A stretch of DNA of 51,169 bases. It comes from an uncultured Candidatus Saccharibacteria bacterium. Its GTDB lineage: Bacteria > Patescibacteriota > Minisyncoccia > SW-4-49-11. Location: contig CAZWIJ010000009.1 of NCBI GenBank assembly GCA_964633865.1, positions 876 to 52,044 on the forward strand, written 5' to 3'. Each line of letters starts with the position of its first letter. Position 1 is the stretch's first letter. A model generated the notes under the pieces. The model saw only the letters and a list, made by a program, of their open reading frames with translations. It did no database searches and was not told the origin of the DNA. Both the position numbers and the translations under genes were made by a program. Shown here piece by piece: positions 37,969 through 46,816 of the stretch.

Positions 37969-39342
37969 ATGACTAATATATTCAATATTAAAAATTTATT
38001 ACTAGTAGCTTTATTGGTAATTACTTTTATATCATTTTACTTTGAATATCAAAGTATTCTATTGATTAGTTTTTCTATTTTATTTATATTAATATTGATT
38101 TTTAATGTATCAATAAAGCAAAGTCTTTTAGGTCTCATAATGATTAGACCTTCCCTAGATATTTTAGGAGATTATAGTTTGGGTATTATTAATCTGGCTG
38201 GTTTAATGGCTATATTTTCGATAGGGATATCAATTATCATAATTTATAAAAATAAAAAACATCTTTTAAATATTCCGTTGACCTTACCTATATTAATTTT
38301 TATTGTAATTAATTTTCTATTTATTTTTAATAATGAAATTTTACTCATAGGATTTACAGAGTTTGTTAGAGTAATATCTTTTCTTTTGATGTATTTTGCT
38401 GTGTATCTTATTATAAAATCAAATGCAGATATTAAACATATTATAAGTACAGTTATTTTTTCATCTATCATACCTATGATTTATGCTGTTTTTGAGTGGG
38501 GGTTTGGATTAGGTATATATACTAATCCTGGTTTTGATAATAGAATTGCTGGTACTTTTGGTCACCCTAATGTTTTTGGTTATTTTCTTTTGATTATAAT
38601 ATCACTCATAATGTATATTTTATTAGAATATAAACTTAACAAAACTGATCAATATCTTATTATTTCATATAATGTGATATTATCTGTTTTACTGATTCTA
38701 ACTTATACTAGAGGAGCTTGGATAGGTTTATTTATATTATTATTGGGTATAGGTTTTGTTAAAATGCCAAAGATGTCTACATTTTTAGGTATTATTTTGG
38801 TTCCTGTGATATCATTGATTTTATTTATTTATGATTGGTTGCAAAAAAATATTTTAATTGGATATCCAGCTATAAAAAAAATTCCAATTATAAATAGAAT
38901 TACGGGTTTATTTGATGGTGATCCTAGTGATTCCATTCTTTGGAGAAGGCAGATGTGGGATGATATGATAAATAAAGGTTTAGAGAGTCCAATAATAGGT
39001 TATGGGACAGGATCAGTGACGACTATAACAGAGCAGGTAAGAGGGCTTAAGTTAGGGGCATTAGAAATTCATAATGATTATATTAAAGTTTTTGTTGAAA
39101 GTGGAGTCATAGGATTAGGTTTTTATTTATTTATGATTGTAAGTATTCTTGGTTTTGTTTTTTATAATTATGTTAAAACTAAGAATAATTATATCCTTAT
39201 AACTTTATTTATTAGTTTAGCGGTTTATTTATCTAGTTTATGGGATAATTTATTAAGACAAACTGCTGTTATGTGGATTTATTTTGTAATTTTGGCTATA
39301 TCTTTCAAAATAGTTGAGATTAGTAAAGAGGAAAAAATATAA
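37969..39342 (+). CDS. O-antigen ligase/Wzy polymerase family protein
   Basis: About 12 TM segments, RIAGTFGHPN, LTYTRGAW, SPIIGYGTG, IHNDYIKVFVESGVIG. ATG at 37969 (TTG at 37966). Confidence 0.88.
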   Translation: MTNIFNIKNLLLVALLVITFISFYFEYQSILLISFSILFILILIFNVSIKQSLLGLIMIRPSLDILGDYSLGIINLAGLMAIFSIGISIIIIYKNKKHLLNIPLTLPILIFIVINFLFIFNNEILLIGFTEFVRVISFLLMYFAVYLIIKSNADIKHIISTVIFSSIIPMIYAVFEWGFGLGIYTNPGFDNRIAGTFGHPNVFGYFLLIIISLIMYILLEYKLNKTDQYLIISYNVILSVLLILTYTRGAWIGLFILLLGIGFVKMPKMSTFLGIILVPVISLILFIYDWLQKNILIGYPAIKKIPIINRITGLFDGDPSDSILWRRQMWDDMINKGLESPIIGYGTGSVTTITEQVRGLKLGALEIHNDYIKVFVESGVIGLGFYLFMIVSILGFVFYNYVKTKNNYILITLFISLAVYLSSLWDNLLRQTAVMWIYFVILAISFKIVEISKEEKI

Positions 39343-39344
39343 TT

Positions 39345-40598
39345 TTAAAGGTATTCTTTAATTATTTTTTTCCAAATTTTAACTATTTTTTTATAATCAA
39401 ACTCTTGTATTCTCTCTTGACTAAGTTCTATATATGAATTTCTAAGATTATTATCTATAAGTAATTTTTCAATAGCTTGTTTCAGGAGTTTTTCGTCAGG
39501 GTTAAGGGTCTTTTTTGAATTTAGATAATTTGAGTTTTTAATTGGCTTTGTGAGTACTCCATATTTCGCATACTCTATTGAGTCTGTTGATATACTAATA
39601 TCTGTTTCTGGGGCTAATATTTCTCTTGGACCTGATTTTACATCCGTAGATATTATTGGAGTTCCACATATCAAACTTTCTATAATAACATTTGGTAATC
39701 CCTCATATTGTGAAGATAAAATATAGATTTTAGAATTAGCTATGAAATTGAATGGATTTTGGCTAAATCCCAAAAAATAAATATCATAACCTTCTTTTAT
39801 ATCTTGATTATCCCAAATTGTATATATTTTTAATTTTAATTTTTTAGCTAGATTAATATGATGTTCTCTTAGATCTCCATCACCTAATATGATATATCTA
39901 AGTTTTGGATTATTCTTTTTTATTTCTGCAAAAATCTTGATTGTATGGAAAACTCCTTTTTCCTTAGATAATCGAGCTACAGATATAATAACATCTTTTT
40001 TGAATATAGGTTTATATTGTCCTAATGGTATGGAAGCTTGTTTATGAATTTCTTTTATAAAGAATGGATTTGGTACAGTTTGAATTTTTCCCTTTGAGAG
40101 TCCCATTTCTATTAGATCAAATTCTACCCCTTTAGAAACAGGTAATAATAAATTAGCTTGATTATGAATAGTCCTAATCAAATTAGAGTATAGATAACTT
40201 CTAAAGGATCGATCCTTGTAGTTTGAGGATAAATTACTATGAATAATACAAATTGTTTTGTGTTTATATAAAAAATTAGATAAAATATTTATAAAATCAG
40301 CTCTTTCTAAATGACTAATACATAAAGTAATTTTTTCTTTTTTTAGGTATTTTGCTAAATTTATTAATAGTCTAGGGAATTGGGATAATTTTTGATACTT
40401 AGAATCTTTAATATCTGATTTTGATAAAAATATAATATCTAAGTCATCAGGTATTGTGTAATTTCCGCTTTTTTCTAATAAAATTAGTTTTACATCAAAG
40501 TTTTCTTCTCTCAAAGCTTTAGCTTGTGTTAAAGCTACTTTTTGAGCTCCACCTCCTTCAAAATTAGTAAGTAAGATAGCAATTTTTGTTTTATTCAT
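39345..40598 (-). CDS. Glycosyltransferase family 4
   Basis: GGGAQK, SVARLSKEKG, LGDG, SSQYEGLPNVIIESL (EX7E). Confidence 0.92.
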   Translation of the reverse strand: MNKTKIAILLTNFEGGGAQKVALTQAKALREENFDVKLILLEKSGNYTIPDDLDIIFLSKSDIKDSKYQKLSQFPRLLINLAKYLKKEKITLCISHLERADFINILSNFLYKHKTICIIHSNLSSNYKDRSFRSYLYSNLIRTIHNQANLLLPVSKGVEFDLIEMGLSKGKIQTVPNPFFIKEIHKQASIPLGQYKPIFKKDVIISVARLSKEKGVFHTIKIFAEIKKNNPKLRYIILGDGDLREHHINLAKKLKLKIYTIWDNQDIKEGYDIYFLGFSQNPFNFIANSKIYILSSQYEGLPNVIIESLICGTPIISTDVKSGPREILAPETDISISTDSIEYAKYGVLTKPIKNSNYLNSKKTLNPDEKLLKQAIEKLLIDNNLRNSYIELSQERIQEFDYKKIVKIWKKIIKEYL

Positions 40599-40627
40599 AA
40601 ATTTTTGTGTAAAAGTAGTATAAATAC

Positions 40628-40656
40628 TTGAATTTATTTAGGTATTTGGTTATAAT
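40628..40656 (+). promoter_or_regulatory. tRNA-Glu promoter
   Basis: TTGAAT (40628-40633), 17 bp, TATAAT (40651-40656). Confidence 0.7.
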
Positions 40657-40666
40657 GATTATGCAA

Positions 40667-40741
40667 GGCCATATCGTCTAGTCCGGTCTAGGACATCTCC
40701 CTCTCACGGAGGAAACTGGGGTTCGAATCCCCATATGGCTA
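40667..40741 (+). tRNA. tRNA-Glu (anticodon CTC); CCA not encoded
   Basis: Acceptor ggccata/tatggct, D arm gtct...ggac, anticodon stem tctcc/ggagg with loop ctCTCac, T arm tgggg-ttcgaat-cccca. Confidence 0.93.
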
Positions 40742-40763
40742 CTAATATTATACATTATTTTTT

Positions 40764-41393
40764 ATGAAATATATAGCTAAAATGTTTATTTGGTTAATTA
40801 TATTTATATCCATTATAGTTTTTTATGCATATAGAGAAATAGAAGTTAAGTCAGATGGACTCTTTTATTCTAATATATATGATGTTCCTGTCAAAAATGT
40901 AGCATTACTTTTAGGTACAAGTGAATATGTTTCTCGTGGTAATAAAAATATTTATTTTGTTAATAGAATCAATGCTACCGTTGATTTATATAAAAATGAG
41001 AAAATAAAAAAAATAATAGTTAGTGGGGATAATTCAGATATAAATTATAATGAGCCTAAAGCTATGCAGTTGGCCTTGATGGAGGCTGGTGTTTTGGAAG
41101 AAGATATATTCTTAGATTATGCTGGCTTTAGAACTTTAGATTCTGTAGTAAGAGCCAAAGAAATTTTTGGACAAGATGATCTTATAGTTATATCTCAAGA
41201 ATTTCATATAAGAAGAGCAATTTATATTTCTACATTTAAAGATATGAAAATGATTGGTTATGTAGCAAAAGGTGCTAATGTAGATTATAGAATGAGATTC
41301 AGAGAAGTTTTTTCTAGGGTTAAAGCTTGGTTGGATATAAATATTTTGAATACACAACCTAAATTTTTGGGTGATAAAATTATTATAGAATAG
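40764..41393 (+). CDS. sanA: SanA/YdcF (DUF218) family protein
   Basis: VALLLGT, YFVNRI, IIVSGDN, YNEP, DYAGFRTLDSVVRAKEIFG, SQEFHIRRA, REVFSRVKAWLD. Confidence 0.9.
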   Translation: MKYIAKMFIWLIIFISIIVFYAYREIEVKSDGLFYSNIYDVPVKNVALLLGTSEYVSRGNKNIYFVNRINATVDLYKNEKIKKIIVSGDNSDINYNEPKAMQLALMEAGVLEEDIFLDYAGFRTLDSVVRAKEIFGQDDLIVISQEFHIRRAIYISTFKDMKMIGYVAKGANVDYRMRFREVFSRVKAWLDINILNTQPKFLGDKIIIE

Positions 41394-41457
41394 TATTTAT
41401 TACAAAGATAAATATGATATGGTATAATAATTATATTAATATGTTATATTTATTTTT

Positions 41458-43128
41458 ATGAAAAATAATGTCTGGTTAAATTCATATCCAAAAGATTATA
41501 AATCAGAAATATTCTTTGATGAAGAAAAATCTATATTTGATTACTTATATAAAAGTAATCCTGATTTTGATATTAATAAACCAGCTATTACTTGTCTTGA
41601 TCATACTTTAAGCTATTCTGAACTTTGGGAGGAAGTTAATTTGATGGTAACATTTTTGAAAAGAAGATTTGGTTTAAAGAAAGGCTCTGTTGTATCTATA
41701 ATGTTACCGAATAGTATTCAATTTGTTGTTACTTATTTGGCCTGTTTAAAGATAGGTGCAATTATAAATACTATTAACCCTTTATATACAGAAAGAGAAC
41801 TAGAGTATCAGCTGAAAGATAGCCAAGCAAGAACAATTGTTATTTTAGATTTTATGATTGGTAAATTAGATAGAATAATATTAAATACAAATATTAATTC
41901 TGTTATAGTAGCATCTTTATCAGATTATATGCCATTTTGGAAAAGACCTTTATTTTTTCAGATTATGAAAAAACAAGGTAATACAGTTCCTTTAGTGTAT
42001 AATTTTGAATATGATTCATATAGGGAAATTATAATTAAAAATAAAGATTTGGCTCTTTTTCCTAAAGTAAATATAGATTATGATGATAAAGCATTATTAC
42101 AATACACAGGAGGAACAACAGGAGTTTCTAAAGGTGCTGAGCTTACTCATAAGAATATAATTTCTAATATTAAGCAGATAGAAAATGTTTTGGAATCTAA
42201 TTTAGAGTATGGTAAAGAAATTATGTTAGGAGCTTTGCCTTTGTATCATATATTTGCTATGAGTACAAGTTTTTTTGCTATGATAAAAATAAGAGCACAT
42301 ATTGTTTTATTACCAAAACCAATTCCTCTAGATGTGACAATAAAAGCTATTAAGAAGTATAAGCCAACTGTCTTTGTTGGTATAAACACACTATTTAATG
42401 GTTTGAATCAAAGAGAAGATTTTAAATCTATGGAAGAATATTCTTTCAAAGTTGTTGTAGCTGGAGGTATGACTTTACAAAAAGCTGTCGCTGATGAGTG
42501 GTTTAATATAACGGGTGTAAGGATTAAAGAAGGATATGGTCTTACAGAAGCTTCTCCTGTAACTCACATTAATCCATTACAATGTGAACCAAAAGAAAAT
42601 TCTATTGGTCTTCCAGTAGCTTCTACTTTAGCAAAAATAGTAGATCAAAATGGTGAGGAGGTTAAAATAGGAGAAATAGGAGAGCTTATTGTATCAGGGC
42701 CTCAAATTATGAAAGGTTATTGGAATAAAAAAGAGGAGACAGAAAAAGTTATAAAAAAAGGTTGGTTATATACAGGAGATTTAGCTTATATGGATAAGGA
42801 GGGATATTTTTTTATAGTAGATAGAAAAAAAGACATGATTATAGTTTCTGGATTTAATGTATATCCTACAGAGATAGAACAAGTAATTGTCGAAATCCCA
42901 GAGATATTAGAGGCAGGAGTAGTCGGAGTCCCATCAGATAAAACAGGAGAATTAGTCAAAGCATATTTAGTTCCAAAAGAAGGTAAAAATATAGATATTG
43001 AAAAGATAAAAGAGTATTGTTACAAACATTTGTCACGATATAAAGTTCCTAAGGAATTTGAAATTATCTCTGAGCTTCCAAAAACAAATGTCGGTAAGAT
43101 CCTAAGAAGACAATTGAGAGAATTATAA
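41458..43128 (+). CDS. fadD: Long-chain fatty acid-CoA ligase
   Basis: WLNSYP start, [67 protein letters not shown]. Confidence 0.9.
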   Translation: MKNNVWLNSYPKDYKSEIFFDEEKSIFDYLYKSNPDFDINKPAITCLDHTLSYSELWEEVNLMVTFLKRRFGLKKGSVVSIMLPNSIQFVVTYLACLKIGAIINTINPLYTERELEYQLKDSQARTIVILDFMIGKLDRIILNTNINSVIVASLSDYMPFWKRPLFFQIMKKQGNTVPLVYNFEYDSYREIIIKNKDLALFPKVNIDYDDKALLQYTGGTTGVSKGAELTHKNIISNIKQIENVLESNLEYGKEIMLGALPLYHIFAMSTSFFAMIKIRAHIVLLPKPIPLDVTIKAIKKYKPTVFVGINTLFNGLNQREDFKSMEEYSFKVVVAGGMTLQKAVADEWFNITGVRIKEGYGLTEASPVTHINPLQCEPKENSIGLPVASTLAKIVDQNGEEVKIGEIGELIVSGPQIMKGYWNKKEETEKVIKKGWLYTGDLAYMDKEGYFFIVDRKKDMIIVSGFNVYPTEIEQVIVEIPEILEAGVVGVPSDKTGELVKAYLVPKEGKNIDIEKIKEYCYKHLSRYKVPKEFEIISELPKTNVGKILRRQLREL

Positions 43129-43133
43129 AAACT

Positions 43134-43856
43134 ATGCAAGATAATAATAAAAATGGTAAAAGTAAAAATTTAGAATCATATATTAAAGATATTATTTATG
43201 GTGGTAGTGACGGAATTGTTACAACATTTGCTGTAGTAGCTGGTTTTACAGGGGCAAATTCTGTTACAGCTGAGACTATTCAACTTACAACTTCAGTGGT
43301 TATAATTTTTGGGTTGGCAAATTTATTAGCAGATTCTTTTTCAATGGGTTTAGGTGATTTTTTGTCTATAAGAGCAGAGAAAGATATGTACGAATCTATT
43401 TTATTACAAGAGAGAAATAATCTTAAAAATAATAGAGAAAATATGATGGTTCTTTCAGAAAAAGCTCTAGATAATATGGGAATCTTAAATCAAGATAAAG
43501 AAAATTTAATGGCTATATTCAAGAATAATCATGAATTTTGGTTAGATTGGTTTGTGCAAGAATATCATGGTTTTTCAAAAAAAGAGGTCAAAGCTTCTCT
43601 GTTAGGTCCATTATTTACTGCAATTTCTTTTATGGTGTTTGGTTTAATTCCTTTGATACCCTTCTTTATAATTAAATCTAATCCTGATCAAGCTTTTTTT
43701 ATTTCTTTAGTTGCTATGATAAGTGCATTGTTGTTGTTAGGGTTTTTTAGATGGAAAATTGTCAAACATAATTTATTAAGGTCAATAGGAGAAACATTGT
43801 TTGTAGGTATTTTATCCTCAAGTATTGCTTTTTTTGTAGGAATTTGGTTAAAATAA
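43134..43856 (+). CDS. VIT1/CCC1 family iron/manganese transporter
   Basis: [41 protein letters not shown]. Confidence 0.9.
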   Translation: MQDNNKNGKSKNLESYIKDIIYGGSDGIVTTFAVVAGFTGANSVTAETIQLTTSVVIIFGLANLLADSFSMGLGDFLSIRAEKDMYESILLQERNNLKNNRENMMVLSEKALDNMGILNQDKENLMAIFKNNHEFWLDWFVQEYHGFSKKEVKASLLGPLFTAISFMVFGLIPLIPFFIIKSNPDQAFFISLVAMISALLLLGFFRWKIVKHNLLRSIGETLFVGILSSSIAFFVGIWLK

Positions 43857-43860
43857 ATAA

Positions 43861-44694
43861 TTAAATTTGTTTTAATATCAATGCCCAAAATAATATAAAC
43901 CCTAAGGAAGAATTTATGATTGGAAAAAATTTATATATTTGAAATGCATTTTTTTCTCTTTTTAAATAAGTTAATATCATTAGAGAGATATACACTCCTC
44001 CAAATAAATGAGATATAATCCCTAAATAAGGTATACTTAGAATATAAGATATTGTATACAATGTAAAGCAGTAAAGTGTAGTTAATTTGAATCCAAGTAG
44101 GGTTGCAATAGTATGGGTGAGAGCTTGCTTATCAGATTTTATATCTGGAATTGCTGAATATGAATGCATAGCCATACTCCAAAAAAAGCTAGCTAATATA
44201 ATTTTAATATCCAAATTATTATTTTGAATCAAAAAATAACCAAATATAGCAGGCATAATATATAAGATATTAAAAATAGAATCTAATATAGGTATAGCCT
44301 TTGCTCGTATTGGTTTTGCTGAGTATTGAATTGAAAAGAACAGAAATAAACCTAAGAAAATTATTGATTTTAAGTTTATTTGAGTTAGTAGTAATAAAAA
44401 TGGTAAATTAGTGATTAATATTATTTGCCATAATTTTTTATGTTCTTTTTTATTTACGAAAGCTTCATATTTAATTTTCTTAGGATTTAATTTATCAGTT
44501 TCATAATCAAATATGTCATTAATTCCATATATAAGGATATTAGCAGGAAAAGTAAAATAAATAAAGAATAACCAAAAATAAATATTTTGTATAGCTAAAG
44601 TATAATTTTGTAGAGTCGATCCAATTAAAAATGGACCTAAAATATATATCCAGAATCTAGGACGAGAAATCTTTAATATTTTTTGTAGAGACAT
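43861..44694 (-). CDS. UbiA-family prenyltransferase, lycopene elongase/hydratase-like (CrtEb/LyeJ)
   Basis: SRPRFWIY, FTFPANILIYGINDIFDYETDKLNPKK, YSAKPIRAK, WSMAMHSYSAIPDI..D; divergent from GGPP synthase-crtB. Confidence 0.75.
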   Translation of the reverse strand: MSLQKILKISRPRFWIYILGPFLIGSTLQNYTLAIQNIYFWLFFIYFTFPANILIYGINDIFDYETDKLNPKKIKYEAFVNKKEHKKLWQIILITNLPFLLLLTQINLKSIIFLGLFLFFSIQYSAKPIRAKAIPILDSIFNILYIMPAIFGYFLIQNNNLDIKIILASFFWSMAMHSYSAIPDIKSDKQALTHTIATLLGFKLTTLYCFTLYTISYILSIPYLGIISHLFGGVYISLMILTYLKREKNAFQIYKFFPIINSSLGFILFWALILKQI

Positions 44695-44881
44695 AAATTT
44701 GTAATTATTTTATATGAATTAATTATAGATTATTAACTTATTTTAAGCAAATAACAAATTTAATATTGATGAAAATTTAAATATAAAAGCAATTGTAAAT
44801 GAAATATACAAAAAATATTTTATATGATATAATTATTTACGATAAAGTAATACACAATTATATAAAATTTATTTTAAGAAT

Positions 44882-45940
44882 ATGCATATTAGTGAGTTTA
44901 AATCGGAGTTTTCTCAATATTTGAATAGAGCAGTAGATCAAAAACTAAATACTTATAATGAATATACTAGTGACTCTGAGATTCTTGATATCATACAATA
45001 TACAAAAAAAATAGTAGGAGGAGGCAAAAATATAAGACCTTATATGGCATACCAAATGTATAAAGCTTTGGGTGGAAATGATAAGGATCAGATAATGGAT
45101 TTATTGGTTTCTATAGAAATTTTTCACACATTTGCATTGATTCATGATGATGTAATTGATAATGGTGATACTAGACATAATAATTTAACACTACATAATT
45201 ATGTAAAGCAGTCCTTGATAAAAAATAATAGAGTAGCTAAAAATTTTGAGCATATAGGAACTTCTCAAGCTATTCTCGTTGGAGACATTTTGTTAGCTTG
45301 GTCTATGGAGAGATTTCAAAATTTTCTGTATTTACCTTACTTCAAAGAGGCTTGGGGTATTTTTGTTACTATGATTGATGAGGTTGTAATTGGACAGATG
45401 ATAGATGTGGATATTATGACTAGGGAAAAGGTTGAGACTAATTTGATAGAAACAAAAATGAGACTAAAAACAGCAGGTTATACATTTGTTAAACCGATGT
45501 TGATAGGAGCTTCTCTTGCTGGTAAATTATATGAAATGGAAAGTTTCTGTAATGAATTTGGGAATTCTATTGGGGTAGCTTTTCAGATACAAGATGATTT
45601 ATTTGATATAGTAGCTGATCCTAATATTATAAAAAAGTCAATTTTGTCAGATATTAAAGATCATCAACACACATATTTGACACAGTATATCTTTGAAAAT
45701 GGAACAGAATCAGATATTGCAGAGTTAAAATCTTTTTGGGGTAGAGATATTTTAGATGATGATCAGGTAAAAATTATTAATTTATTTGAAAAAACTGGAG
45801 CAATTGTTTATGCAAAAGAGATGGTATCTAGTTATTTAGCAAGAGCCAAGCAAAGCTTTCTTCAAGAAGAACATTTATCAAAAGAAGGACAGTTAGAATT
45901 AGAAACTTTAATAAAATATATCCAAAATAGAAATTATTAA
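44882..45940 (+). CDS. Polyprenyl diphosphate synthase, probably GGPP synthase (CrtE/IdsA-like)
   Basis: GGKNIRP, FARM FALIHDDVID with Phe five residues before the first Asp, GQMID, KTAGY, SARM FQIQDDLFD. Confidence 0.88.
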   Translation: MHISEFKSEFSQYLNRAVDQKLNTYNEYTSDSEILDIIQYTKKIVGGGKNIRPYMAYQMYKALGGNDKDQIMDLLVSIEIFHTFALIHDDVIDNGDTRHNNLTLHNYVKQSLIKNNRVAKNFEHIGTSQAILVGDILLAWSMERFQNFLYLPYFKEAWGIFVTMIDEVVIGQMIDVDIMTREKVETNLIETKMRLKTAGYTFVKPMLIGASLAGKLYEMESFCNEFGNSIGVAFQIQDDLFDIVADPNIIKKSILSDIKDHQHTYLTQYIFENGTESDIAELKSFWGRDILDDDQVKIINLFEKTGAIVYAKEMVSSYLARAKQSFLQEEHLSKEGQLELETLIKYIQNRNY

Positions 45941-45942
45941 AT

Positions 45943-46809
45943 ATGGATACTAAATATAAAGAATATTATAAAATAGCTAAAGAAATAACTAAAAAATTTG
46001 GTACAAGTTATTATTTTTCAACTAAATTTTTTCCAGAAGAGATGAAATTAGATACATATTCTTTATATGCTTTTTTCAGACTTCCAGATGAGATTGTAGA
46101 TAATCCTAAAAAAGATAAATTAAAACAACAAGTTTCTGATGAGTTGGATGAATGGATTTCTAAATGGGAAAGGATTTATTATGGTTCAGATGATAAAGAA
46201 CCTATATTGGAACTAACAAAATATACTTTTCATAAGTATAAAATCCCATATCAACTAAGCATAGATTTCTTGTTGGCTATGAAACAAGATTTAGTTAAAG
46301 AAAGATATGCTACTTATCAAGATTTAAAAAAATATATGTATGGTTCAGCTTCTGTAGTGGGCTTGATGATGAGTTATGTTATAGGATTCAAAGATCCTGC
46401 TTTAGGTTATGCTCCAATGTTAGGAGAAGCTATGCAGATGACAAATTTTCTTCGTGATATAAGCGAAGATTATTTTGATAGAAATAGAATTTATATTCCA
46501 AAAGAAGATTTAGATAAATTTGGAATTACAGAAAAATATTTTCAGAACAAAATATATGACAAAAATTTCGTAAATCTAATGAAATTTGAAATACAAAGAA
46601 CTCGAGATCTTTATAAAGAATCATATAAAGGAATTAAATATTTGAATCAGGAAGGGAGATTTGCAATTTTGATGGCAGGAAAATTATACGAAGCTATATT
46701 AGATAAAATAGAACAGGTTGATTATAATATTTGGAAAGGAAGAGTAAGAACAAAAAAAAGAGAAAAGTTGTATATCTTAGGAAAAGAAATTATTAAAAAA
46801 ATTAATTAA
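45943..46809 (+). CDS. crtB: Phytoene synthase
   Basis: TSYYF, LYAFFRLPDEIVD, YMYGSASVVG, LGEAMQMTNFLRDISED, RIYIP. Confidence 0.9.
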   Translation: MDTKYKEYYKIAKEITKKFGTSYYFSTKFFPEEMKLDTYSLYAFFRLPDEIVDNPKKDKLKQQVSDELDEWISKWERIYYGSDDKEPILELTKYTFHKYKIPYQLSIDFLLAMKQDLVKERYATYQDLKKYMYGSASVVGLMMSYVIGFKDPALGYAPMLGEAMQMTNFLRDISEDYFDRNRIYIPKEDLDKFGITEKYFQNKIYDKNFVNLMKFEIQRTRDLYKESYKGIKYLNQEGRFAILMAGKLYEAILDKIEQVDYNIWKGRVRTKKREKLYILGKEIIKKIN

Positions 46810-46816
46810 TATTATA

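Noticed and set aside
40715-40741. attL/attR duplication of the tRNA-Glu 3' end
   Set aside because: I saw no second copy of ggttcgaatccccatatggcta and no integrase or transposase in the window.
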